Positions 1 to 11,205 of a stretch of 64,000 nucleotides of DNA are shown piece by piece (position 1 is the first letter of the stretch; every line of letters starts with the position of its first letter). Made by a program: the position numbers and the translations under genes. A model generated the notes under the pieces. The model did not search any database, had not been told where the DNA came from, and saw only the letters and a program-made list of their open reading frames with translations. Origin of the DNA: Hemiscyllium ocellatum (Eukaryota); the NCBI RefSeq assembly GCF_020745735.1, contig NC_083435.1:11129201-11193200 (forward strand). Direction: 5' to 3'.

Positions 1-285
1 ATATAAAGGAAACAAACAAACATTGGAATTTGACTCCAATCTAACAAATTGTCATTTGAACCAAACTATTTTTATGTGCATTTGAGACACTGAGAGGGTT
101 CCACAACTGAACACACCCCATAATAACCTTCAGCAGGAAGACCTCAGACAGTGGTCTTTCCCCACTGGGCCTTGGTGGCAGCTGCCCAAGCACCCCTCAG
201 GACATAGTCCTGGACCTAGGAATGTGCCAGTCTGCAACACTCAGTCCAGATTAGAGTAGTTCTGGAAGGCCAACATGTTTCATGT
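1..285 (-). mobile_element. Tx1/L1-clade LINE, ORF2 C-terminus and 3' UTR fragment
   Basis: Minus strand reads ...TECCRLAHS..VQDYVLR..GAAATKAQWGKTTV-stop (with indels), a C-terminus I recognise from fish/shark Tx1-like LINEs. Truncated where the minisatellite begins. Confidence 0.55.
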
Positions 286-960
286 AAATACAGAGGCCAG
301 TCGGCCCATAGCGGAGTAAATAAAGAGGTCAGCGGGCCCAGAGTGGAGGACATACAGAGGCCAGTGGGCTCAGAGCAGAGTGGGGACAGAGACCAGTGGG
401 CCCAGAGCAGAGTGGGGACAGAGGCCAGTCGGCCCAGAGCAGAGTGGGGACAGAGGCCAGTGGGCCCAGAGCAGAGTGGGGACAGAGGCCAGTGGGCCCA
501 GAGCAGAGTGGGGACAAGGCCAGTGGGCTCAGAGCAGAGTGGGGACAGAGGCCAGTGGGCCCAGAGCAGAGTGGGGACAGAGGCCAGTGGGCCCAGAGCA
601 GAGTGGGGACAGAGGCCAGTGGCCCAGAACGGAGTAAATACAGAGGCCAGTGGGCCCATAGCAGAGTAAATACAGAGGCCAGTCGGTCCATAGCGGAGTA
701 AATAAAGAGGTCAGTGGGCCCAGAGCGGAGGACATACAGAGGCCAGTGGGCTCAGAGCAGAGTGGGGACAGAGACCAGTGGGCCCAGAGCAGAGTGGGGA
801 CAGAGGCCAGTGGGCCCAGAGCAGAGTGGGGACAGAGACCAATGGGAATGGCCAGTGGCTCAGAGTGGAATGTAGATGGCCAGTAACCTGGAGCAGAGTG
901 GGGACAGAGCCCAGTGAACCCAGAGTGAAGATGGCTACTGCTTGGGAACCAGTGAAGCCC
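285..960. repeat. 32-bp minisatellite (acagaggccagtgggcccagagcagagtgggg), ~20 units, with a 382-bp higher-order duplication
   Basis: Tandem units are directly visible. The variant block starting at 291 (cagaggccagtcggcccatagcggagtaaataaagagg...) recurs at 673. Confidence 0.95.
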
Positions 961-1519
961 AGTCTGACCACTTGGAAGCTCTTATCAAAAGACTGTAATA
1001 TCTATTGTTTTAACTTTATTCCTTATTTTGCTAACTTATACTATATATATCTGCAACATAGTGCACCCTTGTTCTTTATTTTATCTACTTTTGTATCTAA
1101 GATTTTTATGTAGGATCCTTGTACCTCAGGTGACACCATATGTTAGTGATATTGTATTCTTTTCACTTTGGTAATTTGAGTATACATGACAATAAACCTA
1201 ATTCTAATTCTAACATTGTTGGTTTTTACATGTATGGCCAACCTCACCAACTCCTCTCTCAACTATGCCACTGCTGCCATCACTTGTCAGACTTCCAGTA
1301 CTGGATGAGCAGACATTTTCTTCCCTTTTAATTTTGGCAAGACTGAAACCCATTATTTGCAGTAATTCTTACAGAGTGTTCCCTATTCCATCTCAGTGTC
1401 GCATTTTCACCCCTGAGTTTCTGCCCACATGTTTGAGCCATCAATTTCCACCTCTGTAACAGTGCCCAGACTCAAGACTCGATCCAGCTTATCAATTGCT
1501 GATCTATCCAAGGAAAAAA

Positions 1520-2100
1520 ATCGACATCAGTAAATAAATGACAGAGGATCTGAGATCAAAGTTCAAGGTGTAGAAACTGTTTGGCTGGAGCTAAGAAGCA
1601 GCCAGACGAAGGAAACATTGGTGGGAGTTGTTTATAGAACATCAAATTGTACTAATTTTGAGAACGTTATCATCAGGACATTAGAGACATATGTGATCTC
1701 GATAACAATGAGTGACCTCATTTTGAAAACTGTGTTTGTTGTTTGTACAAGGTGGGGAACCAACTAGGGATTGGCTTATTTTGGATTTAATGATATATAA
1801 TGAGAAAGGGTTCATTGATAACCTTGCCTTAAATGAAGGATAAAAGGGTGTGTAACCATAAAATATTATATGAGCTTTGAATGTGAGTCAGCTCAAACTG
1901 AAAATTGAATGATATGAAAACATGAAGTTGGCTGTGGCCAATTGAGAAAAATCACAAAGATTTGTTTGAAACCAGCAATGCTTGTAATTTAAAAGAAACT
2001 ACTTCAAGACTTACCACAGATGTACATTCTTCTAAGGCAAAAATGCCCAAAGGGAAAGTTGAATCAATCCCAAGAGACAGCCAGTGGCTTGTAGACATTT
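1520..2100 (+). mobile_element. Decayed CR1 LINE ORF2, endonuclease region
   Basis: VETVWLELRSSQTKETLVGVVYRTSN-like motif with stops and frameshifts. Confidence 0.6.
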
Positions 2101-2354
2101 TCCAAATTAACCTGTTCAGAGATGTTATAACTCACCTGCTGAGTAATTCAGGTTTGAAACCCAAATTCTTGGGTCAGAGACAGGGAGGCTGCAACACAAG
2201 AGCCCTTACAGAAGTAGCTTACAAGAATGCCAGAAAGACTGATAGCCAGAGATTTGGAAAAGGGGTTTGGACCCAGCAAAGGAGGACCACTAAACTAATA
2301 ATTAAACTGAAAAGATAATATGAATGCAACCCAATGTAAAGCCAAAGCTTGAAA

Positions 2355-2625
2355 ACACCTTTCAAAGTGAGAGGTGGAAAGTTTAAGGGGGATACATGCG
2401 CAAGTACTTCACACAGTGGGTGATGGGTGTTTGGAACGTGTTGCCAGCAGAGTTAGTGGAGGTAGGCATGGTAGATTCTTTTAAAGTGCATCTGGGTAAA
2501 TGCATGAGTAGGTGGGGAGCAGGGGGATACAGATGCTTAGGAATTGACCGACAGATTCAGACAGTGCATTTGAATCAGCTCAGGCTTGGAGGGCTGTACA
2601 TTTTCTTTGTTCTTTGTTCTAATAT
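2355..2625 (+). mobile_element. CR1 LINE 3' end
   Basis: YFTQWVMGVWNVLPAELVEVG..SFKVHLGKCM is the CR1 ORF2 C-terminus, followed by the 3' UTR. Confidence 0.8.
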
Positions 2626-2989
2626 GTCAAAAGGAAAAGATGAACAAGGACTAATGTGGACACGTAAGAGTTGGGGGCAGGAGACTGTGCAATGGAGAGT
2701 TTAAAAAGGCAGAGAAACCAAACAAGTTAAAGCAAAATACTGTGGATGTTAGAAATCTGAAACAAAAATAGAAAAGGCTGAAGAACCTGAATAATTTTGG
2801 AACATCTGTGAAAAGAAAGCAAACTAGATTTCACATTGAGCATAATATAACTCTTATTCCAGGAATAATTAGTTACTTTGCATCTTTCTTCACTTAAAAA
2901 AATACAGAATGTCTGCCAGAAATATTAAGTGACCAAGAATGCATGGAACTGAGGAGCAAAAATAAATTAATATTAAAGAGGTTTGGTCT

Positions 2990-3255
2990 TGGGCACCATG
3001 GTGGCTGAATGGTTAGTACTGCTGCCTCTCACAGGGAACTGGGTTCGATTCCAGCCTTGGGTGACTGTTTGTATGGAGTATGCACTCCATCTGCATGGTT
3101 TCTGCCGTATGCTCTAGTTTCCTCTCATGCTCCAGAGATATGCAGGTTTGGTAGACTGGCCACAGTATATGTAGAGTTATGTGGATAGAGTATGGGGTGG
3201 GGTTGTCTGGGATGCCCTTTGGAGGGTTGATGCAGACTCAATGTCCAAATGCCCT
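2990..3255 (+). mobile_element. HE1-type tRNA-derived V-SINE
   Basis: tRNA-like head (ggtggctgaatggttagtactgctgcc...gggttcgattcc) plus the central domain shared with other copies in the window. Confidence 0.8.
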
Positions 3256-3665
3256 CTTTCCACATCATAGATTTCAAATGTTAACTGGATTGAGGGACTG
3301 ATAAATCTTCTGGACAATGTGATATTTTTCTTCAGGTGTTGAAGTGGGAATAGAAAGATAATGGGTGCATTAGTGGTTAGCTTTCTGAATGCTGTAGTTT
3401 CTGGAAAGGTTCCTGCTAACTGGAAGGAAGCAAATGTAATTGCACTATTTAAGAAGGAAAGAGTAGAGTGAATGAAGAACCACAAACCCATTGGTTTGAC
3501 ATTAGTAGGGAAAATGTTGGAAACTAATTATAAGAAATGTGTTAACTAAACATTTAGAAATTAATGTCAAAATTGTGCAGTCAATGTGGATTTATGGAAA
3601 TGAAACCATATTTGACAAACTTGTTGACATTTTTTGAGGATGACTCAGGTTTAATGTTTGCCTTC
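3175..3665 (+). mobile_element. Decayed CR1 ORF2, start of RT domain
   Basis: VPANWKEANVIALFKK...KPIGLTLVGKMLE motif. Confidence 0.7.
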
Positions 3666-3739
3666 AGTGGAGTATTTTACCTGATGTTGGTTATCCCGTA
3701 GGAAACTAGACACAGAATGTGCAGAGGTATTAACCAATG

Positions 3740-4045
3740 TGGGCAGCATGGTAGTTCAGTGGTTAGCACTGTTGCCTCACAGCACCATGGACCTGGGTTT
3801 GATCCTTGCCTTAGGCAACTTTTTTTGTGTGGACTTTGCAGTTTCTCCCCGTGTCTACATGAGTTTCCTCCCACAATCCAAAGATGTGCAGGTCAGGTAA
3901 ATTGGCTATGCTAAATTGCCCATAGTGTTAGGTGCATTAGTCGTGTTAAATGTAGCAAAATGAGTATGGGCAGATCCTCTTCAGAGGGTCATTGTGGACT
4001 TGTTGGGGTGAAGGGCCGGTTTCCATACTGTGGGTAATCTACTCT
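3740..4045 (+). mobile_element. HE1-type V-SINE
   Basis: gggcagcatggtagttcagtggttagcactgttgcctcacagc... through the gtttccatactg tail. Confidence 0.9.
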
Positions 4046-4071
4046 TAAAAAAAAGAACAGCATGAAGCAAT

Positions 4072-4352
4072 GTGGGCGGCCCAGTGGCTCAGTAGTTAGC
4101 ACTGCTGCCTCACAGCACCAGGGACCCATGTTTGATCCCAGTCTCCAAGCAACTGGCTGTGTGAAGTTTGCACATTATCCCCATGTCTGCATGGATTTTC
4201 TGTGGGTGCTCCGGTTTCCTCCAACAGTCTGAAGGTGTGTAAGTGGATTGGCCATGGGAAATGTAGGGGGTGGGTCTAAATGAGATGCTGTTTGGAGGGT
4301 TGGCGAGGACTTGTCGGGCTAACTATCCTGTTTTTACACTGTTGGGATTCTA
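4072..4352 (+). mobile_element. HE1-type V-SINE
   Basis: gggcggcccagtggctcagtagttagcactgctgcctcacagc head and central domain. Confidence 0.9.
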
Positions 4353-5039
4353 TGATAAGCTTGAAATCATCCATACAATGTTATTAGTTATTCCAGGGAA
4401 AGCTAGAGTATGAGAACCTTGTACCCTCGTGCTGACTCTTGCTCATTGAATGGTGTCTGACCTGCTGTGCTTTTTGAGCACCACACTTTTGATTCTGATC
4501 TCCAGCATCTGCAGTCTTCACTTTCTACTGGCCTCTCTATAGTCAGTGTGTCTGTGAGGCGATGGGACTGAGTAGTATTTTGAGGTTCTGCTTCATTTAA
4601 AGTCCTGTAACCCTGCCTGCCTGACCTCAAACATTTCCATGCCAGTGCTAAACAGGAAGACAATTCCTATCTGTTCCCCTTTCCTCTTACAGAACATCCT
4701 CCACCTTTCAGCGATATTATTTACCCTGGATCAGAGAGACAAGATACCATGTGGGACTCTTAACCTGAGAATGCCATGTGTTCTTTTGCCACTTTGCTGA
4801 GTTCCATGGTGCAGAAACCTAACCCTGTGTATTGTTGATGCACTTTGGATTGCTCTCCCCAAAATGTTGCAACTCTACCTGGTACTCAGCTGGTTTGAGA
4901 GAACCACACTCTTTCCCTATGACTGCCCTGCCTCTTCCTCCCTGCTGGTAGCCATTCAGTTCCTGCCCCTGAATCCTCTGTAGCTGCATGATCATCAGAT
5001 TGTGGAAGATGCGATCCTTGGATATTTCAACTGCACTTG

Positions 5040-5400
5040 TTCAAGAATCCCCGCACTGGAGAAGCCAAGGCAGCAGTGTATACCATCGACAATTGCAGTC
5101 ACTTGCAAAGTCTCCTTCAGCAGCATCCACCAAACTCAAGACCTCTACCACCTAGAAGGGTGAGGTCAACAGATACATGGAAACACCAACACCTGCAAGT
5201 TTCCCTTCAAGTCACCCACTATCCTGACATGGAAGTATATCACCGCTCCTTCACTGTCGCTGGTCAAAATCGTGGAACTCACTGCCCAACAGCAGAATGG
5301 GTGCCCTAACCCCCAAGGAGCACAGTGATTTAAAGCAGCAGCTCATCACCACTTTCTCATGAGCAGCAAAGTCTGGCATTGCTCATGACATCTGCATCCC
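5040..5400 (+). mobile_element. CR1/L2-like LINE 3' end (family also at ~10860-11130, 18900-19215, 22380-22790, 40590-40870, 42060-42340)
   Basis: Shared motif ...aacaccaacacctgcaagtttccc...catcctgac(t/a)tggaa...caccactttctca..ggcaa...aataaa(g/t)ctgg. Confidence 0.65.
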
Positions 5401-5779
5401 AAGCACAAATTAAGAAGCAAGACTTTACATGTAATTATTGGATCTTTAATAATTAATACATTTAATTTGTGGAAGCATTCAGCTGTGGATACAACAGCAA
5501 TAAGTCTCAGTCCGTGCTTTTTAATGTAAACCAGCATTATTATTTCACAATACATACTGTTAGAAAATTTAAAACAAACAACAGAGTCATTGGTTGAATT
5601 CAAAGGGGACTCCAGGAACACAGTGAGAGGAATCTGGTAAGCCAACCTGAGTCAGTGTGTAATCTCCAATAAATACTACGTCTGATCCACGTTGATCACG
5701 GATTGAATTGTTCGAACGACTGATCAGGATCAGATGAGTGGTGACATTTCCACAAACAAGTAGAAGGTCAACCCCAACA

Positions 5780-6070
5780 TGGGTGGCATGATGGCACAGT
5801 GGTTAGCACTGCTGTCTCACAGTGCCAGGGACCCGCCTTGGGCAACTGTCTGTGTGGAGTTTGCACAATCTCCCAGTGTCTGCGTGGGTTCCCTCTGGAT
5901 GCTTTGGTATTCTCCCACAGTCACAAAGATGTGCAGGTTAGGTGAATTGGCCATGCTAAATTGCCTGTACTATTAGGCAGGGGTAAATGTAGGGGAATGG
6001 GTCTGGGTGGGTTGCTCTTCAGAGGGTTGGTGTGGACTTGTTGGGCTGAAAGGTCTGTTTCCACAGTGTA
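5780..6070 (+). mobile_element. HE1-type V-SINE
   Basis: gggtggcatgatggcacagtggttagcactgctgtctcacag... head, body and tail. Confidence 0.9.
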
Positions 6071-6591
6071 GTGAATATAATTGTTCCCACCTTTGGAGTC
6101 CAATTTGAAACAGGACACTACCAAAAAGATACTGGCCTGGGTTTGGCAGTCAGCAGTGACTTGTTGTTGGCCTGGTATTGAGCAGCAAATTTAATATGAA
6201 GTTGCAGATCAGAATTTTAATTTCTACAGAGAATTCCAACTCCAGCAAAATGATCAGAAATCCCACTTCACAGATGAGGAATCACATCTTCAAAATATTG
6301 ATGTGTCATTCCCATTAAATCATCAGAATCATTGATTAACTGGATCAAAATAATTTTCAAAAAGTCATACATTGACACATTAAAATAAATAAACTTGCTT
6401 TCATCAGGTAGGATTCCTTGTCATGTACAAGATTAAAACCAAGTTAACAACTTAGAAAAACATGAGTAATTTTTTTTAAAAACAGTCAACAGTTGAAACA
6501 GGTACAACGTCCTCATTACGAGTTGCTTACGTTACTGTTTTGACACTTTCCTTCCTAGAAACACCAGTTTTGAAATTTTCTGACAAAATAC

Positions 6592-6597
6592 TTTATT
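6592..6597 (-). terminator. Candidate polyadenylation signal (AATAAA) of the butyrophilin-like gene
   Basis: First minus-strand AATAAA I found downstream of the stop at 7618, giving a ~1 kb 3' UTR. Unverified. Confidence 0.3.
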
Positions 6598-6659
6598 GCT
6601 AACTGATCAGAACAATGCTTTCAGTCAGAGGCAGAGAATGTGCTGCAGTGAAACTTTCA

Positions 6660-7025
6660 GAGCAGAGAGAGGCTTACTTGAGGCATTTTCTGTCATCAGC
6701 ACTCTGGATTATTGGTGGGCTCCTAGATGATAGCACTCACTGACAGTGAGCAGAAGAGACACCAATGAAGGAACGGAGTTTAAGAGGTGTCCCTTTCCAA
6801 GGCAGAGATGAGGCAATTAGTTTTGTCTGAGTCCCATTAGAGTATGGAATTCCCAGAGGTAGCTTGAGCTGGGTATTTTACTTCATTCAGTGACCAAGGT
6901 GGACAGGTTTTAATAGACAAAGGAGTGAAAGGTTATGGGATAGACAGAACAAGTGGAGCTAAGAGGGTAACCAGAGCACTGATGGTCCCATCGAACATCA
7001 GAACAGGTTTGAAGTCTCAACCTGT
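6660..7025 (+). mobile_element. Decayed CR1 3' end
   Basis: gcagagagaggct..ttgaggcattt...ggcagagatgagg...aaaggagtgaaaggttatggg pattern. Confidence 0.6.
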
Positions 7026-7617
7026 TTCAAAGAATCATATTCCGAGAACAGAGAGAATATGTGCGAGTTAGAATATATTGATTAGAGGCTAAACATTTAC
7101 CAAGTCTGGGCTACGCTAAAGCCACGAGAAAAATGTATTAAAAGAAAACAAATTGTGGTGGTGTGATTGTCAAATTTCATAATATTGGGAGCTAAGTAAA
7201 TGTTTGTGTAGGTAAGCAGAGTTGTGTAGGTATCAGACCATAGATATTGGAAAAAGTATATTTGGTAAACATTGGCAAAAATGGAGATGTTCAGAATTTC
7301 TCCAAATTTGTGGCCAATTCAAGGAGTAAATAAGGGAGAGACAGGAGATGTACATTCCCGTACTAGAGTGAATAATCTAATTCTGCTTCTATTCTCCTCG
7401 TACAGTCTGCCCATTTCTCCCCATTTCCTCCAGCCCAAAGTGATGAACAATGGCAAATCCAAGAGGACCATTGATTCCCAATTCTATGGGAAAATCACCA
7501 GGAGTAAGATAGCATCCATATGGGTCATGTGACTTTAAGGGGATGGCATTGCCACTCCACAACACATTAACCAATGACATCACAACCAATGGTCCAATTG
7601 GGAGAAACTTGATCCAT

Positions 7618-8156
7618 TCAGTGATTTGAATTGGGCAATAGCGGGGTTGATTGTAAAATGGAACATTCCCCAGACTCTGAGAGATTGAGGAAGGGGAAAA
7701 TAAGCCCCTCGAAGCTGCAGGTGAAACTATGGAGGTGTGAGTAGGTAGCACCATCAAGGAACAGAACCTGTCCAGCATCATAGTTGACATATATTCCAAT
7801 TCTCCCGAGATTCTCTCTGCACATGATTTCCAAAGGGTTGGTGAAGTTGGCCCAGTATCTCTCCCCATCGTGCCCAATAGTCCAGTATCCATTTTCAGGG
7901 CTCAAAGGTAGGTTTCCCTCCCCGGTTACTGACTCCCTGGCCACTCCCAGGTCCCAGGCAGAATGACTGTCCACTTTCACCAGCCAGTAATGCCTGCCGC
8001 TGGCGAATCCGGTCTTTCCCAGCACGGCTAACCTGGACTGGAACCTCCTACTGCTGTCAGCGGGAATCCTGTCTCCTGCAGTGCAGCTCACGGTGGTCAG
8101 GTCAGAGGATATCAGGAGTCTTGAATTCGCAGTGTCACTGTCCAGGAAGATGCAAT
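7618..8156 (-). CDS. Butyrophilin-like gene, last coding exon: B30.2 (PRY/SPRY) domain. Full CDS = complement(join(7618..8156,10610..10636,11179..11205,16720..16746,18610..18636,19309..19428,20973..21251,23728..24072,26091..26160)), 1461 nt, 486 aa
   Basis: DCIFLDSDTANSRLLISSD...RRFQSRLAVLGKTGFASGRHYWLVKV...WDLGVARES...LSPENGYWTI...RIGIYVNYDAGQVLF...FEGLIFPFL is a canonical B30.2 domain. AG acceptor at 8158-8157; phase 1 matches the upstream exon. Confidence 0.95.
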
Positions 8157-8579
8157 CTACCACAAACATATGGAAGGGAAAGCGACAGGTTCAGAGCAAG
8201 CTCAAAAAAAATCTTTGCATTTTCCACTTGGGGTCCCTGCAGCCTCAATGATCATTTTCAGCTTGATTCCACCCTCCATGTTTTTCACTGACCCCACACT
8301 AGGTATTGTTAGTGATATGAGTTGCTTTTAGCACAATCACTCATTCTTTCCCACTCCTTGCTCTTATTCACATTTATTCAGTTTTTCTTTTGTCCTGAAC
8401 TGCTATCCTTAATCTCCTTGTTAGCCCACTCCTTTCATGTCTCTCTCACTCTTCTTGGGCTCCATCTATCAACTAACCTCTCCCCTCACTGACCCACACT
8501 CCTCCCAGTTTCAATATTAATACCACATTCTCCTCACTGCTAATGGCTCTGATGAAGAGTCACCAGGCTTTTTTAAAAA

Positions 8580-9055
8580 ATTTGTTCACAGGATGTGGGT
8601 ATCACTGGCTAGGGCTAGCATGCATTGCCCACCCCTAATTGCCCAGAGGGCAGTTAACAGTCAACCACATTGGTGTAGGCCAGACCAGGTGAGGATCGAA
8701 GATTTCTATTCCTGAAAAACATTACTGAACCCGATGGTTTTTTCATGACAACTGACAATAGCTTCATGGTTATCGGTAGATTCTTTATTCCAGGAGAAAG
8801 TGAGGACTGCAGATGCTGGAGATCAGAGTTGAGAGAGTGTGGTACTGGAAAAGCACAGCAGGTCAGGAAGCATCCGAGGAGCAGGAGAATTGATGTTTTG
8901 GGCATAAGCCCTTCATCTGGAAACTTTATTCCAGACTTTTAAAAAGAAAATTGAATTCAAATCCCATACCTGCTGTGGCAGGACTTGAACCCAGGTCTCC
9001 AGAACATGAGCTGAATTTCTAGATTAATAGTCTAGTAATAATACCACTCAGCTGT
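8580..9055 (-). mobile_element. tRNA-headed SINE with CR1/L2-type tail, interrupted by the 8794-8923 insertion (family also at ~14550-14830, 38940-39190, 59330-59790, 61990-62220)
   Basis: Minus-strand head gtggtattattactagactattaatctag...gggttcaagtcctgcc; body catcgggttcagtaatg...ggtctggcctac...gtggttgactgttaactgccctctg. Confidence 0.7.
8794..8923 (-). mobile_element. 130-bp Penelope-like terminal fragment headed by a decayed hammerhead motif, 11-bp TSD
   Basis: TSD ctttattccag at 8783-8793 and 8924-8934. Minus strand begins ..ccagatgaagggcttatgcccaaaacatcaatt. Confidence 0.8.
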
Positions 9056-9552
9056 TGAATCCCCACTAACCCAGCATGTTAATTCTGCTCTCTTCCCACA
9101 AATGCTGCCAAATCTACTGAGTTTCACCAGAAATTTCTATTTACGTTTAGGTTTCAAAAGCTGAGCCTCACAGCACAAGTCAGGGCATCAGAGAAGACGT
9201 TCCAGTCAAACATTACACACACAGGACACAGCAGATCCTAACCATCAGGAAAGGCTGAGGCTTTTAATTCTTTTTAAATTTCAATCACAGGACGTTAGCA
9301 TTACTGGCGAGGCCATCCCTCATTTGCCTAGCAGATCATCCATAGCAGAGAGTCTGGAGTGGGATGTCGGCCAGACCGGATTAGGGCAGCATTTACCTTC
9401 CCTAAAAGGGCATGAGTGATCCAAATGGGGGAGAAGAAGCAGGGTCTCTAAATATAAGACAGTTTAAATGGGGAATTCAGGAGGAACTTCTCTCCTTAGC
9501 ATGTTCCCCATTCTGTCAGAAGGAGTGATTGAGGTGAATAGCATAGAGCAGT

Positions 9553-9835
9553 ACGGTGGCCCAGTGGTTAGCACTCTTACAGCGCCAGGGACCTGGGTTT
9601 GATTCCAATCTCAGACGACTGTTTGTGTGGAGTTTGCACAATCTGCCCACATCTGTGCGAGTTTCCTCCCACAATCCAATGATGTGCAGGTTAGGTGAAT
9701 TGGCCATGCTAAAATTCTTCATAGAGTTCAGGGGTTTGGGGTAAGTGTACAGTAGTAGGGGAATGGGTCTCTTTGGAAGGTTAGTCTGGACGTGTAGGGC
9801 TGAATGGCCTGTTTCCACACTGTAGGGGTTCTATT
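9553..9835 (+). mobile_element. HE1-type V-SINE
   Basis: acggtggcccagtggttagcactcttacagcgccagggacctgggtttgattcc head; cctgtttccacactgtag tail. Confidence 0.9.
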
Positions 9836-10609
9836 ATTCCATGGATTCTATGATTTAAGGGGAAGTTGGATAGACAGAGAAGGGAGAAAGGATTAGAAGC
9901 AAAACTGATAGAGTGAGGTGAGGAGGAGCCAAAGGACCCCACGTTGGGCTGACTGGGCTCTTTCTGTGCCAACAAATTCTTTGTGAATAAATAAACTTTT
10001 ACAATGGGGACTAATGGATAATTAACACAATATGCCCCTAATGAGAGTAACAACAGCTAAATAACAAATTAAAAGAGAGAGCAACTCCAGTGTTATATAA
10101 TCCCCTAACTAATTCTGTGAAGAGGAGATTTGATGAATCCACTCAGGAGTTTGAAGAGATCCTCTTCACTTTCTCAGTTGTCAGTGGCATGGGGGTCAGT
10201 AATCCAAGGGCATAGATCACTGATAATTAGTTAAAAGGGGGATATGAGTATGATTCTTAAACAACAAGCAACGGAACTGGATAAATACTTGAAAGGAAAA
10301 GTTGTTGCTTTGCTACTTCCCCAAAAGCTGAGGAACAGCTGAATAGCTCTTTCAAAGGGCAAGCACAAATGCAATGGGCCAAAAGGCCTCCTCCTGCGAT
10401 CAGTAATTCTAAAAATGAAGATACAAATTACACACAATCGCACAATTCACTCCCATTGACACCTTTACCTCCACGCTCACACATAAATGAAATACCTTCC
10501 TCTCCATCACATAAACAATTCGCTCCTGCTCACCCCACTCCCTCATTGCAGTTCCCACTCCCACACCTCCCCAAACACCACGGAGTTGCTAAAGAGCCAC
10601 AATTCTTAC

Positions 10610-10636
10610 CTGCAGCATTAGTCATTCTCTGAACAG
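10610..10636 (-). CDS. Butyrophilin-like micro-exon 4 (27 nt, AVQRMTNAA)
   Basis: ctgcttgtccatttcAG|ctgttcagagaatgactaatgctgcag|GTAAGA; phase 1-1, in frame with the B30.2 exon. Confidence 0.85.
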
Positions 10637-11178
10637 CTGAAATGGACAAGCAGATTGAGATTAAATCACTTTCAAATAATTCACTGTACGTTCATTCAGT
10701 TTTCAGAAAGCTGTCTAAAAGATAGCCTGCTTACAAGTCTTGGAGAGCTGACTAAATATCTAAAAGGCTGAAGTAAGGAATCAGACCGTTTAGTTGTGGA
10801 CTCAGGGAGCTCTACATTTAGCCACGGTGAACACGGAGGTAAGAATCCAACCCCACCAACATGATCTTTTTCTGAACCAGAGACCACTTCCATCCAAAAG
10901 GACAAGGGCAACAGGTACATGGGAATACCAGCCCCTGTAAATTCCCCTCCAACCCACATACCATCCTGACTTGGAAATGTAATCACCATCATTTCTGTGT
11001 CGCTGGGGGTAAATCCTAAAACTCCCTCCCTATCAGCTCTCTAGGATGTTCTTGAAATCCTACAGGACTACAGCTCTCTATTATCTTCTCAAGGGCAATC
11101 AGTGATGGGCAATAAATTCTGTACCAACCACCAACACCTACATCCTAAATGATGATGAAAAGTCATTCCATGTCTTAC

Positions 11179-11205
11179 CTAGTTCAGGGAGAGGGCGGAT
11201 TTTAC
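11179..11205 (-). CDS. Butyrophilin-like micro-exon 3 (27 nt, GKIRPLPEL)
   Basis: ctaatgtccttttcctttttAG|gtaaaatccgccctctccctgaactag|GTAAGA; phase 1-1. Confidence 0.8.
   Translation of the reverse strand, partial: VKSALSLN

Noticed and set aside
216-971. Many overlapping 85-147 aa ORFs on both strands
   Set aside because: They are translations of a stop-free 32-bp minisatellite, with no splice or domain support.
3740-3830. tRNA-like sequences (here and in all HE1 heads)
   Set aside because: A/B-box heads continue into SINE bodies and do not form complete cloverleaves.
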